From Gemmatimonadota bacterium (lineage in GTDB: Bacteria > Gemmatimonadota > Gemmatimonadetes > Gemmatimonadales > GWC2-71-9), in assembly GCA_039591275.1 (NCBI GenBank), contig JBDHDY010000001.1, positions 1-43,898 on the forward strand: a stretch of 43,898 bases of DNA, in the 5' to 3' direction. Numbering within the stretch: position 1 is the first letter of the stretch; the number at the start of each line of letters is the position of its first letter. Both the position numbers and the translations under genes were made by a program. The notes below the pieces were generated by a model that was given only the letters and a program-made list of their open reading frames with translations, did not search any database and was not told the DNA's origin. This document shows positions 10,703-19,732 of the stretch, piece by piece.

Positions 10703-11310
10703 CCGACCAGGGTGGCCATGGCCACCGCTCCCGTGATGAGGCCCGTTTGGTTGACACCCCGTATCAACCTGCTGATCTGGTCGATCTCCCTAACGAAGGT
10801 GGCTGCGACAAAGGTGAGAGAACCGTACCAGATCGCCGATGCCACGGCGATGGGGACAATGGTCCGTCCGGCCCCGAGCCCGGCAATGCCGGCAAAGGGT
10901 GCTACAACTGCTCGGGCACCGGGAATGAATCGGCTCAGGAAAATGCCCCACGTCCCGTAGCGGTCATACACCCGTTCGAGGCGAGCCAGGTTGCGCGGTT
11001 TGAGCAGCCGCCGTCCGATTCGGCCCGTAAAGAACGGGCGTCCGAGATGGCGCGCCGCCACATACACGGCTATAGCACTAGTCACGTTTGCTCCCCAGGT
11101 AACGGCGAACACCGTGTTGGCCGAGATCTCGCCACCCACCGACAAAAAGGCTCCCAACGCAACCGCCGTGTCGGCTGGAACTGGGGGAATGATGTTTTCG
11201 ATGGCAGCAAGGACTGCAACCATCGTATACAACGGGCCGGGGGGGAACTCGAGCAGGGTACGAATCAGGTCGTCTAACAGCTCAGACTTCCCCGACTGAG
11301 GCCACAGCAT
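10639..11310 (-). CDS. DedA-family (VTT/SNARE-associated domain) inner-membrane protein.
   Basis: 223 aa and multi-TM, with DedA-like motifs ENIIPPVPADTAV...GANVTSAIAVYVAARHLGRPFF...YGTWGIFLSRFIPGARAVVAPFAGI. The start is uncertain because the ORF overlaps the ispF stop by 29 nt. Confidence 0.8.
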   Translation of the reverse strand: MLWPQSGKSELLDDLIRTLLEFPPGPLYTMVAVLAAIENIIPPVPADTAVALGAFLSVGGEISANTVFAVTWGANVTSAIAVYVAARHLGRPFFTGRIGRRLLKPRNLARLERVYDRYGTWGIFLSRFIPGARAVVAPFAGIAGLGAGRTIVPIAVASAIWYGSLTFVAATFVREIDQISRLIRGVNQTGLITGAVAMATLVGWLFWRRKPWRPWPWVRGARR

Positions 11311-11761
11311 AAACGGCGAGCCCTTTGCCCTGCCCTACCGCATCCATCTTTTCGTTGGTCTTCGCTTTGATCGAAACCGCGCTCACGGGGATCTTCAGCA
11401 CGCCGGCCAGATTCTCTCTCATCAGCTTGACGTAAGGTGCCAGCTTGGGAACCTCGGTGACAACCGTGACGTCGATATTTACTATGCAGCAGTTCACCTC
11501 CTGGATCCGACGCAGCACCTCGGCCAACATGTCGATGGAGCTGGCATCCCTCCATTGCTCCTCGGTGTCCGGGAAGAGCTGCCCGACGTCGCCGAGCGCA
11601 GTTGCACCAAGGAGCGCATCGATAATGGCATGCGCCACAGCATCTGCATCCGAATGACCATGCAATCCGCATTCGTGCTCGATGGCAATTCCGCCAAGTA
11701 TCAGCGGGCGGTTGGACCCAAACGTGTGCGAATCGTACCCAAACCCAAACCGATGAAGCAT
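11282..11761 (-). CDS. ispF: 2-C-methyl-D-erythritol 2,4-cyclodiphosphate synthase.
   Basis: 159 aa with FGYDSH, HGHSDADAVAHAIIDALLGA and KAKTNEKMD. Confidence 0.93.
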   Translation of the reverse strand: MLHRFGFGYDSHTFGSNRPLILGGIAIEHECGLHGHSDADAVAHAIIDALLGATALGDVGQLFPDTEEQWRDASSIDMLAEVLRRIQEVNCCIVNIDVTVVTEVPKLAPYVKLMRENLAGVLKIPVSAVSIKAKTNEKMDAVGQGKGLAVYAVASVGEV

Positions 11762-11898
11762 GGAAGGATGTTAACAAGGAGTTGACCGTACGGCACCCCT
11801 CTTCCAGACGCGGGCCGCCCAATAAACCGGGGCCCCGAGATCTCTCCGTTCCGCAACAGTCGCGTTCGCAAGCACCGACAGTGACTCGCACTCACCAT

Positions 11899-11927
11899 TT
11901 GTTGCACGGTCAGACCAAACGTACATT
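11899..11927 (+). promoter_or_regulatory. Sigma-70-like promoter candidate for kinase 1: TTGTTG, 17 nt, TACATT.
   Basis: TTGTTG (11899-11904), a 17-nt spacer, then TACATT (11922-11927). ATG 11937 lies 9 nt after the -10 element, so the mRNA would be leaderless or nearly so. Confidence 0.35.
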
Positions 11928-13847
11928 GTGAGCGATATGGACTCCCAACATCCTCCATCTCAAGACTTCCTTGCGTTGCAGGCCGCAGTGGCCGGCCGAT
12001 ACTCATTGGAGCGCGAGATCGGCCGAGGTGGCATGGGTATTGTCTTCCTGGCCCGGGACGTGACCCTCGATCGACCCGTGGCCATCAAGCTGTTACCCCC
12101 CGCAATGGCCACTCGAGGAGACCTGCGCGACCGGTTCCTGCATGAGGCCAGGATCGCTGCGAAGCTGTCGCATCCCCACATCATCCCGATCCACTCCGTG
12201 GAGGCCATCGACGCCTTTGTCTTTTTCGTAATGGCGTATGTGGAAGGAGAAACGCTGGGCTTTCGGGTTAGATCACGCGGACCGATGCCACCGACGGAGT
12301 GCTCGAGGATCCTCAAGGAGGTCGCATGGGCACTGGCGTACGCTCACGCGCAGGGTGTGATACATCGTGACGTGAAGCCCGACAACATCCTGCTGGAAGC
12401 GGGAAGCGGTCGGGCACTGGTGGCTGACTTCGGGATTGCCCAGCTCGCAGCCACTGGCGAGCCCGGAGCTCCTGGAGAGATACTCGGAACCCCAGCGTTC
12501 ATGAGTCCTGAGCAGGCGTCAGGAGAGCCAGTCGATGCACGCAGCGACATCTACTCGCTCGGGGCCGTGGCATTCCATGCTCTCTCGGGCCGACCTCCCT
12601 TCGAGTCAGATTCGTCGTCCGAAGTCCTCGCACATCACATCAGGACTCCAATCCCGCGACTCACGTCGGTTGCCCCCGGTGTGCCTGGGAAGCTTTCGGC
12701 CGTGGTCGAACAATGCCTGGCCAAGGAACCCGAGCACCGGCCCTCGAATGGCGAGGCCATCGCTGAAGCCATTGGGGCGGCCGAGGAGTCCCGGAAGGAA
12801 CTGCCGGTGGCGGTTCGCGTTTTCGTTCAGGAAAGCCGGGCTCGCGAAGGTCGCTGGGCCCTGTACGCCATCTTGACCCTCTGGCTCGCCATGCCAGTCA
12901 TAGCCGGGCTGTTCGCGGTCGGTACACCGTGGGGACCAATACTCGGGTTGGGAGTTGCCGGACTCCTCGCGGCCACCCCCGTACTGCTTACTACACTCCG
13001 TGCCCGCCGCCTGGTGAGCGCAGGCTACGCACAGGCAGACCTTGCCCATGCCCTTCAGGCAGAACTGGAGCGTCGTCGCGAGGAACTCGCTTTCCTGTAC
13101 GGACCGGACCACGCGGCAGTGGCAGGCAGGTTGCGCAGAGTCTCAACTGGCGCTTTGGCACTTGCCGCAGTTTGTCTCGCGGGCGCGTTCGTCAATCCGA
13201 TCTGGATCGGGGGTGCTCTTGCGATCGGCACTGCGGCGGGAATCGCTGGATCCCTTGCCGCGAAGCGATCGGCATACAAGGCCAGACGGCGGCTCAAGTT
13301 CTGGAGCGGAAGGTTGGGACGCTGGTTGCTCCGCTTGGCCGGGTTCGGACTTCGCCACCGAGTGAGTCAAACGGAGAGTCTCACCCACCGACCCACGGAG
13401 ATCGCCGTTGGGATGGCGGTCGAGGCCCTCTTCGAAGCCCTTCCCAAAGAGTCGCGCGTTGCGCTTGCGGACTTACCGGACGTCGTTCGCGGCCTCGAGG
13501 CCGACGCCCAGAGCATGCGGAACAAGATCGAGGAAATTGACACGCTCCTCGCCAACGCTGGCGAGGAGCGCTCGGACCCACGCGCACAAACCACAGCGAC
13601 TCTCGAGGTGTCCCGGCAACATGCCGTTGCACGTCTTCAAAACGCCCACGACGCGGCGCAACGGCGGCTTGCGGAGGCAGTCGCCGCCCTGGAGAACCTC
13701 CGCATCGACCTCCTGCGAATGCACGCGGGGACGGCGAATTTGGAGAGCGTGACGCAAAACTTGGGATCAGCTCGTGAGCTGGCAACTCACATCGATAGGC
13801 TGTTGGACGGACACGGGGAGATTGAGGAATCGCTGCGTGGTTCTTAA
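11928..13847 (+). CDS. Hanks-type Ser/Thr protein kinase with a 2+2 TM segment arrangement and a C-terminal coiled-coil tail.
   Basis: 639 aa. Kinase motifs are GRGGMGIVF, VAIK, HRDVKPDN, DFG and FMSPEQ. Four hydrophobic helices lie at roughly aa 315-365 and 415-455. The tail is heptad-like and charged. The true start may be ATG 11937. Confidence 0.9.
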   Translation: MSDMDSQHPPSQDFLALQAAVAGRYSLEREIGRGGMGIVFLARDVTLDRPVAIKLLPPAMATRGDLRDRFLHEARIAAKLSHPHIIPIHSVEAIDAFVFFVMAYVEGETLGFRVRSRGPMPPTECSRILKEVAWALAYAHAQGVIHRDVKPDNILLEAGSGRALVADFGIAQLAATGEPGAPGEILGTPAFMSPEQASGEPVDARSDIYSLGAVAFHALSGRPPFESDSSSEVLAHHIRTPIPRLTSVAPGVPGKLSAVVEQCLAKEPEHRPSNGEAIAEAIGAAEESRKELPVAVRVFVQESRAREGRWALYAILTLWLAMPVIAGLFAVGTPWGPILGLGVAGLLAATPVLLTTLRARRLVSAGYAQADLAHALQAELERRREELAFLYGPDHAAVAGRLRRVSTGALALAAVCLAGAFVNPIWIGGALAIGTAAGIAGSLAAKRSAYKARRRLKFWSGRLGRWLLRLAGFGLRHRVSQTESLTHRPTEIAVGMAVEALFEALPKESRVALADLPDVVRGLEADAQSMRNKIEEIDTLLANAGEERSDPRAQTTATLEVSRQHAVARLQNAHDAAQRRLAEAVAALENLRIDLLRMHAGTANLESVTQNLGSARELATHIDRLLDGHGEIEESLRGS

Positions 13848-13874
13848 GGTTCGGGAAGCGGGAAACCGGCCGCA

Positions 13875-13933
13875 CGAACTTCGAACAGAGTACCTGTGCT
13901 GTGACAGGCGAGTGACTCTGCGTTCGAAGCTCG
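13875..13933 (+). other. Imperfect hairpin of about 20 bp in the spacer between the two kinase genes.
   Basis: Hand pairing gives 13875-13886 with 13922-13933 (11 of 12 bp, containing CTTCGAAC/GTTCGAAG). 13887-13890 pairs with 13916-13919. 13893-13897 pairs with 13904-13908 around a 6-nt loop. No U-tract follows. Confidence 0.55.
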
Positions 13934-13970
13934 GGCATGACAGCCAACACCTCTCACCATTGTTTTAGGT

Positions 13971-16217
13971 ATGGCCGACGAACTCAGCGCACAGCTTGCC
14001 GGGGCCCTCGGTGGCGATTACGTGCTCAGATCTGAAATCGGGCGCGGCGGGATGGGGGTCGTGTACCGTGCCACCGACACCCGACTCAAGCGCGATGTTG
14101 CCATCAAGGTACTCCCGCCGGACCTATCATACCGCCGAGACCTGCGAGAACGCTTCGTTCGCGAGGCGCAACTCGCTGGAAGCTTGAATCACCCCAACAT
14201 CGTTCCAATTTACGACGTGGGCGAGCGCGAAGGGATGGTTTGGTACGTGATGGCCTTTGTCGAAGGCGAAAGTGTTCGCGTCCGGGTTCGAAGGGACGGC
14301 TCACTGACTCCGGCGCAGGCACGACGCATCATTCGAGAGGTGGCCTGGGCTCTGGGATATGCCCATGCTCGAGGCATCATCCATCGCGATATCAAGCCAG
14401 ACAACATCCTGCTCGAGCGGGCTACTGGACGGGCCATCGTGACGGATTTCGGGATCGCCAAGATCGCGGAGAGCGAAACGCCACCAGGGGCCGCAGCCAC
14501 GGCGCCTGGAACTATTCTCGGTAGCCTGATGTACATGGCGCCCGAACAAGCCATAGGAGAGGGCGAAATCGACGGGCGTGCCGACATCTATGCCCTCGGC
14601 TTGAGTGGCTACTTCATGTTGGCCGGACGGCCACCGTTTGAAAAGGCAACGATCTTCTCCGTAGCAACACGGATCGCCAACGGCGTGGCACCAAACTGGG
14701 ATGAGATCGAGCAACCCGTCGATCCATCCCTTCGGTCCTTACTTGAAAAATGCGTTGCCGCCGATCCCGAAAGCCGGTGGCAAACCGCCGAAGCGATCCT
14801 CGAGGCACTCGGCCCGCAAGCGATCGCTCCGAGGCCAATGCCTCCGTCAATTCGTAGGCTGGTTCGAGATTTCATGCTCGTACCGACGCTGGGCTTCATC
14901 GTCCTCGTAATCGATATCGTCACGGACAACCCGACGTTGGGGGAGTTCATCGGCTGGCTGGCGCTTATTCTCACAGTGAACGTCGGGGTCACCCTCCGTG
15001 CCTTCGAGCGCCGCGGCTTTGGCTGGCCGGATCTCCGGGACGCGCTCGAGATGGAATTTGCCAGGCAGGCTGAGGAACTCGAGGTCACCGGTGCTCTGAA
15101 GGACCGCTTCAGCGCAGTCGTTTACCTCGCAACGTTTGCTGGGCTGGCCGTCTCGTTCGTGAAGGGTGCGCTCATCCTTGGATTTGAGCCCATCGTTCCC
15201 ATAGCAGCAGGTCTGGTACTAGTTGGCGCTCTTGTGGCGGCGCCACTTACGTGGATCCAAGTGAAGATATACACCTTCTTCGGCAGGCTTGTGCTGAAAT
15301 TGCTACCGTCGCTGCCCCGTCCGGAAGGTGAGAGGCGATTCTCACGCCTTGCGGACAAGCTCCTCACGAAACTGTTCCATCCTCTTCGTTCCACTGCCAC
15401 AGATCTGAAGGCATTGCCTAGCACGGCAAGCTCGTGGAGCGCATCAGAAGTCGGAGCGGCGCGACGTTCCACGAGATCAATTGACCACGTTTTTGAGGAG
15501 CTTCCTCCCGAGCTCAAACACGTCGCTCAGCCGGCACGGCGCGTGGCTCGTGAGCTCACGTCAGTGATCGATGATATCCGCCGCGAGCGCGGAGAACTGG
15601 AGCGTACGCGGGATCGTGATATCGAGGTGCTCAACGCAACTTCGCACAGCATGTCGCACGCATTGGAGCGTTTGCGAGATGCCCTTCAGGATTTGGCTTC
15701 GGGAGGAGGTCATAAGGAAGAAGTCGAGACGGCGCTGGGCCAAGCAGCAAGGACTCTCAGGCGAAGCAGCGAGTACCGTACAGGGGAGAGAGTGGCTGTC
15801 AGGCGCGACGGGGCTGTGGCCGCTTCAGATACGGCCCACCTCGCTCGGCTCGTCGATAGTGTCACCCAACAATGGGAGTTGCGCGACGAGCTAAGCGCAG
15901 CGTGGCCCGAAGCCGCACCGTTGCTCCACACATTTGCCAGTCGGGTGGATGCACTCGAACTTTCGCGTGAACATGACCCACGGCCCGCAGACTCGACTGA
16001 GGAGATGGCTTCCGTCAGCGAGTGCGAGCGCGTGCTGCGCGCATTAATGGACGCTCTGCAACGTTACGACGAAGGGGAGAGGCAAAGCCGAGATGACATT
16101 GAACGTCTGCTTTCCCGCATCGATCAACTGGAAAAGGGCGTGGACGTGGCGCTGAAGGAACGTGGACGGTCGGGAGTCTCCGACGAGGAATCAGCCAGTC
16201 GACGCGGCGGACCCTAG
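13971..16217 (+). CDS. Hanks-type Ser/Thr protein kinase, a paralog of the upstream kinase with the same architecture and a longer coiled-coil tail.
   Basis: 748 aa with GRGGMGVVY, VAIK, HRDIKPDN, DFG and YMAPEQ. Two pairs of TM helices are separated by a short charged linker (AFERRGFGWPDLRDALEMEFARQAEELE; compare kinase 1, RRLVSAGYAQADLAHALQAELERRREELA). Confidence 0.9.
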   Translation: MADELSAQLAGALGGDYVLRSEIGRGGMGVVYRATDTRLKRDVAIKVLPPDLSYRRDLRERFVREAQLAGSLNHPNIVPIYDVGEREGMVWYVMAFVEGESVRVRVRRDGSLTPAQARRIIREVAWALGYAHARGIIHRDIKPDNILLERATGRAIVTDFGIAKIAESETPPGAAATAPGTILGSLMYMAPEQAIGEGEIDGRADIYALGLSGYFMLAGRPPFEKATIFSVATRIANGVAPNWDEIEQPVDPSLRSLLEKCVAADPESRWQTAEAILEALGPQAIAPRPMPPSIRRLVRDFMLVPTLGFIVLVIDIVTDNPTLGEFIGWLALILTVNVGVTLRAFERRGFGWPDLRDALEMEFARQAEELEVTGALKDRFSAVVYLATFAGLAVSFVKGALILGFEPIVPIAAGLVLVGALVAAPLTWIQVKIYTFFGRLVLKLLPSLPRPEGERRFSRLADKLLTKLFHPLRSTATDLKALPSTASSWSASEVGAARRSTRSIDHVFEELPPELKHVAQPARRVARELTSVIDDIRRERGELERTRDRDIEVLNATSHSMSHALERLRDALQDLASGGGHKEEVETALGQAARTLRRSSEYRTGERVAVRRDGAVAASDTAHLARLVDSVTQQWELRDELSAAWPEAAPLLHTFASRVDALELSREHDPRPADSTEEMASVSECERVLRALMDALQRYDEGERQSRDDIERLLSRIDQLEKGVDVALKERGRSGVSDEESASRRGGP

Positions 16218-16247
16218 GCTTCTTCCTTCTGCCGGGTGTTGTTGAAA

Positions 16248-16649
16248 TCAGGCCTTCAGGATCCGAAGCGCCAACCCCGCAGCGTTCTTCGCATTCCCAA
16301 TTCCCACGGTGCCCACGGGACATCCCGGAGGCAGCTGCACCATGGCATATAGCGCGTCAACCCCATGCAGCGGACCCACCTCAAGCGGCAAGCCGATCAC
16401 CGGAAGATCCGTCAGCGCCGCGACTGCGCCGGGCAGCGCCGCCGCAAGGCCCGCAGCAGCGATGATGACCTTATAGCCCTTTTCCTTTGCCGTCTTCGCG
16501 ATTTCTGCAGTCTGCTCTGCATTTCGATGGGCCGAGGACACCACGAAGTCGTAGCCGATCTTCGCGCCGTCCAACACCGCGAATGCGGGGGCTACGCGCT
16601 CGCGGTCGCTCTCCGACCCCACAATGATCAAAACCTGCTTTGCCGCCAT
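16248..16649 (-). CDS. purE: 5-(carboxyamino)imidazole ribonucleotide mutase.
   Basis: Motifs are [15 protein letters not shown]...SAHRN...[10 protein letters not shown]...GVDAL. The ORF-track start at 16721 overlaps mqnC. ATG 16649 lies 4 nt after the mqnC stop. Confidence 0.9.
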   Translation of the reverse strand: MAAKQVLIIVGSESDRERVAPAFAVLDGAKIGYDFVVSSAHRNAEQTAEIAKTAKEKGYKVIIAAAGLAAALPGAVAALTDLPVIGLPLEVGPLHGVDALYAMVQLPPGCPVGTVGIGNAKNAAGLALRILKA

Positions 16650-16653
16650 GGGA

Positions 16654-17703
16654 TTATGCCGCGACCTCCTCTCGAATAACAGAATAGTCCTGCCGCCGAC
16701 GAGCGGGCGTGAATCCCGCATCCGTTATGCAGCGCTGCATGTCCTCAATGGTCGTTTGATGTGCCGTGCCGGCCGCTGAGACAACGTTCTCCTCGATCAT
16801 AAGTGAGCCGAAATCGTTGCATCCAAACCGCAGTGAGATCTGGCCAACCTTCAATCCCATGGTGACCCAGGAAGCCTGCAGATTCGGGACATTGTCGAGC
16901 ACAAGCCGTGATATCGCCGCTGTACGAAGGTACGTCACCGCGTCTGTCTTGGGTGTTCCTTCCATCTCCGTGTGTTCCGGCTGGAGCGGCCAGGTTATGA
17001 ACGCCGTAAAACCTCCTGTCCGCTCCTGCACTTCCCGAACTCGAAACAGATGCTCTATGCGGTCAGCCAGTGTTTCCCCCAGGCCATACATCATCGTTGC
17101 CGATGTCTTCATGCCGAGACGGTGAGCAGTCTCCATGACGTCAAGCCAGCGGTCGGCCCCAGCTTTCTTGCGCGCCACCTTGTCCCTAACGCTCTGGACG
17201 AGGATTTCGCCGCCGCCACCCGGAATCGAGTCGAGCCCTGCCGCCATTAATTCACAAATGACGTCCTCGGCGTTCATGCGAAATCGCGTCGCAAAGAAAT
17301 CGACCTCGGAAGGGGAGAAGCCGTGAATGTGAATAGGGTGGTGCTGCTTCACATAGCGCATCAAGTCGAGGTACCACTCGAACGGGATGTACGGATTGTG
17401 CCCGCCCTGAATGAGGATCTGCACGGCACCGAGTTCTTTGGCTTCATCGATCTTCTTGCCAATCTGTTCGAACGACAGGACATATCCTTCTGGATGTTTC
17501 GGCCGTCGATAGAAAGCGCAAAATTTGCAGTCAGCAACACATACGTTCGTGTAATTGATGTTGCGATCAACTATGTACGTTACAACTTCCTCAGGATGCA
17601 GCTCCCGTCGTTTGTCGTCGGCAAGCTTACCGAGTTCGAGGAGGGGGGCCTGCTCGTAAAGTGCAAGGCACTCTCGAAACTCATGCGCGTTGCGGTCAAC
17701 CAT
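16654..17703 (-). CDS. mqnC: Radical SAM enzyme of the futalosine pathway, most likely cyclic dehypoxanthinyl futalosine synthase (MqnC).
   Basis: It has TYIVDRNINYTNVCVADCKFCAFYR (CxxxCxxC), IHIHGFSPSEV, DSIPGGGGEIL, TATMMYG and GCNDFGSLMIEENV. The likely start is ATG 17703 (MVDRNAHEF), just after the mqnA stop. The assignment of MqnC versus MqnE rests on remembered family patterns and is tentative. Confidence 0.6.
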   Translation of the reverse strand: MVDRNAHEFRECLALYEQAPLLELGKLADDKRRELHPEEVVTYIVDRNINYTNVCVADCKFCAFYRRPKHPEGYVLSFEQIGKKIDEAKELGAVQILIQGGHNPYIPFEWYLDLMRYVKQHHPIHIHGFSPSEVDFFATRFRMNAEDVICELMAAGLDSIPGGGGEILVQSVRDKVARKKAGADRWLDVMETAHRLGMKTSATMMYGLGETLADRIEHLFRVREVQERTGGFTAFITWPLQPEHTEMEGTPKTDAVTYLRTAAISRLVLDNVPNLQASWVTMGLKVGQISLRFGCNDFGSLMIEENVVSAAGTAHQTTIEDMQRCITDAGFTPARRRQDYSVIREEVAA

Positions 17704-17705
17704 AG

Positions 17706-18530
17706 CTACGCCACCGAAAGGAAAGACAGTGTGCCGTCTCGCACTGCACCGCGTGCAGTGAGACGCCGAAAGAAACTCGTGAGCCCCTCCAGGTGTCGAT
17801 ACGAGAGCGCATAGTCCAGGCCGCTCAGGTATGTCCGGCATACAGCCAGCTCGATGTTGGTCGTACGTGACGCTTCCACGGCGAGAGCTTCAATATTCGC
17901 GAGTCCCCAGTCGCGTGATGCCACCAGGGACGCGTGCACGTCCCCAGCCGCCTTCGGATCCACACTGCGACGTGAGGCCCAGACCGCAAATACGAAGGGC
18001 AGACCCGTCCAGCGCTTCCACTCCTCACCGAGGTCATACCGGTGTTGGTAGCTGCGCCGAGCGGAAAGCAGCAATGCAGCGTCACCAATCACCAACACCG
18101 CCTTGTGGGGGAGACCCGCCAGCGCATCAAGATCTTCCCCTTCGGCACGGGCCTCAACGAACGCTGGTCGCACATTCCATTGCTCGTGACACAGCAGCTC
18201 CAGTAGATGTACGGACGTGCGTGATGACGCCGAAACGAGCACCGTCTCACCGTCGAGGTCCTGAACGGCGCAGTGCGAGAACAGACACACACTTCTGACC
18301 GGGCCGTCACAGGAGATGGCCAAATCCGGGAGGAGATGATAATCCTTGGCGTTTCGCGCGTACTCAACCGCAGACACCACCGAGACATCCAAGGCTCCGG
18401 CGGCGAGCAAGTTGTTGAGCTCGGTCGGGGTGCCCGTGACCAGATCGGCGTCCAGCTCTACAATACCGCGATCGACGGCCTTGTACACCGGATAACAGTT
18501 GATGTAGCCGATACGGCCCAGGCGCGTCAT
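17706..18530 (-). CDS. mqnA: Chorismate dehydratase (MqnA; MqnA/MqnD periplasmic-binding-protein-like fold).
   Basis: It has RIGYINCYPVY, GTPTELNNLLAAGALDVSVVSAVEYAR, LLPDLAISCDGPVRSVCLFS and TGLPFVFAVW. ATG 18530 forms an ATGA overlap with the mqnE stop. Confidence 0.75.
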   Translation of the reverse strand: MTRLGRIGYINCYPVYKAVDRGIVELDADLVTGTPTELNNLLAAGALDVSVVSAVEYARNAKDYHLLPDLAISCDGPVRSVCLFSHCAVQDLDGETVLVSASSRTSVHLLELLCHEQWNVRPAFVEARAEGEDLDALAGLPHKAVLVIGDAALLLSARRSYQHRYDLGEEWKRWTGLPFVFAVWASRRSVDPKAAGDVHASLVASRDWGLANIEALAVEASRTTNIELAVCRTYLSGLDYALSYRHLEGLTSFFRRLTARGAVRDGTLSFLSVA

Positions 18531-19729
18531 GCTCTTCCGGCTCCTACCGCGTCGAAGAACTCGGAATTTGACCACCCGCCATCCGAATGCGGGTTCAGGA
18601 TAGGATCGTCGGGCTCAAATGTGCGAAGCACCCTATAGAAGGAGTCCCTTTCTACGGGTTCCTTGCCGGCTCTCTTGATGAATCGCACGAGATCGCCATA
18701 CGAGAGCATCATCGGGGTACGGGCCCCAGCTTCATGATACACCCGCTCGTACACCACTGTCCCCTCCACATCATCGCAACCGAAGTCGAGTGCGATCTGG
18801 GAGAGGAATGGCGTTACCATCGGCCAGTGAGTTTTAACGTGCGGGACGTTGTCCAAGAAAAGTCGACCCACAGCTATGTTCTTCAGATCGTCAAAGCCCG
18901 TGGTCGCCGTCCCCTGACGGCCCAGCCGCTCGCCAAGCTCGTTGTGATCCGGATGATACGCCAGCGGTATGTAGGTCAAGAACCCGGGGGCGTCGTCCTC
19001 GAGTTCCCTTAACATCGCGAGATGCTCCACTCGATCACGATTCGTCTCGACGTGCCCGTAAAGCATCGTGCAATTCGTTGGCATGTCCAACTCATGAGCT
19101 TCCCGATGCACGCGCAGCCAATCCTCGGCCATGAGTTTACGATCGGCGATCGTATCGCGTACCGCTGGCCCGAACACCTCCGCCCCACCACCCGGAAGTG
19201 TGTCCACGCCTGATTCCTTCATGGCGTGAAGCACCTCCCGTGTTGTCATCTTTTCGATTCTGGCCAGGTGGGCAACCTCGACGGCTGTGAGAGCCTTGAT
19301 ATGGACATCGGGGTGGCGATCCTTGAGGCCCTGAAACATCTCCAGATAGTAGTCCAAGCGCAGCTTGGGGTGCAGACCGCCAACGATGTGGAATTCACGG
19401 GTGGGATGATCGCGAGCCGCCTCGGCTTCCCGGAACACCTCCTCCAGCGGTCGCGTATACGCACCAGCTTCACGCGGTGTGCGCGCGAAAGAGCAAAAAA
19501 CGCATGTCTTCCGTAGAATACACACGTTTGTCGGGTTGATGTGTTGGTTAGCGGAGAAAAAGACCCGGTTTCCGTGTTGGCGTCTACTGGCAAAGCTTGC
19601 CATGGCCCCGATACCCAGGAGATCAGCGCTCTCAAACAGGCGCAGCGCGTCGTCTTGGGAGAGGCGCTCTCCCGCCTCGACCTTGGCCGCTACTGGCTCG
19701 AGGTCTGGATCGCTAACCGGTAGAGGCAT
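18527..19729 (-). CDS. mqnE: Radical SAM enzyme of the futalosine pathway, most likely aminodeoxyfutalosine synthase (MqnE).
   Basis: 400 aa with KVEAGERLSQDDALRLF, HINPTNVCILRKTCVFCSFAR, HIKALTAVEV, DTLPGGGAEVF, TMLYGHVET and GCDDVEGTVVYERV. The assignment of MqnE versus MqnC is tentative. Confidence 0.6.
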   Translation of the reverse strand: MPLPVSDPDLEPVAAKVEAGERLSQDDALRLFESADLLGIGAMASFASRRQHGNRVFFSANQHINPTNVCILRKTCVFCSFARTPREAGAYTRPLEEVFREAEAARDHPTREFHIVGGLHPKLRLDYYLEMFQGLKDRHPDVHIKALTAVEVAHLARIEKMTTREVLHAMKESGVDTLPGGGAEVFGPAVRDTIADRKLMAEDWLRVHREAHELDMPTNCTMLYGHVETNRDRVEHLAMLRELEDDAPGFLTYIPLAYHPDHNELGERLGRQGTATTGFDDLKNIAVGRLFLDNVPHVKTHWPMVTPFLSQIALDFGCDDVEGTVVYERVYHEAGARTPMMLSYGDLVRFIKRAGKEPVERDSFYRVLRTFEPDDPILNPHSDGGWSNSEFFDAVGAGRA

Positions 19730-19732
19730 GCA

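Noticed and set aside
16218-16247. The 30-nt convergent junction between kinase 2 and purE, examined for a bidirectional terminator.
   Set aside because: I could find no stem-loop or U/A-tract in GCTTCTTCCTTCTGCCGGGTGTTGTTGAAA, so there is nothing to report beyond the very short spacing.
16650-16721. N-terminal extensions in the ORF track that overlap the upstream gene: purE (to 16721), mqnC (to 17841), mqnA (to 18575), kdsC (to 6743), nuoJ (to 40125) and nuoH (to 41827).
   Set aside because: Each has an internal ATG placed within a few nt of the upstream stop codon, and homology to the family begins there. The extensions are low-complexity. I therefore trimmed the coordinates rather than reporting gene overlaps.
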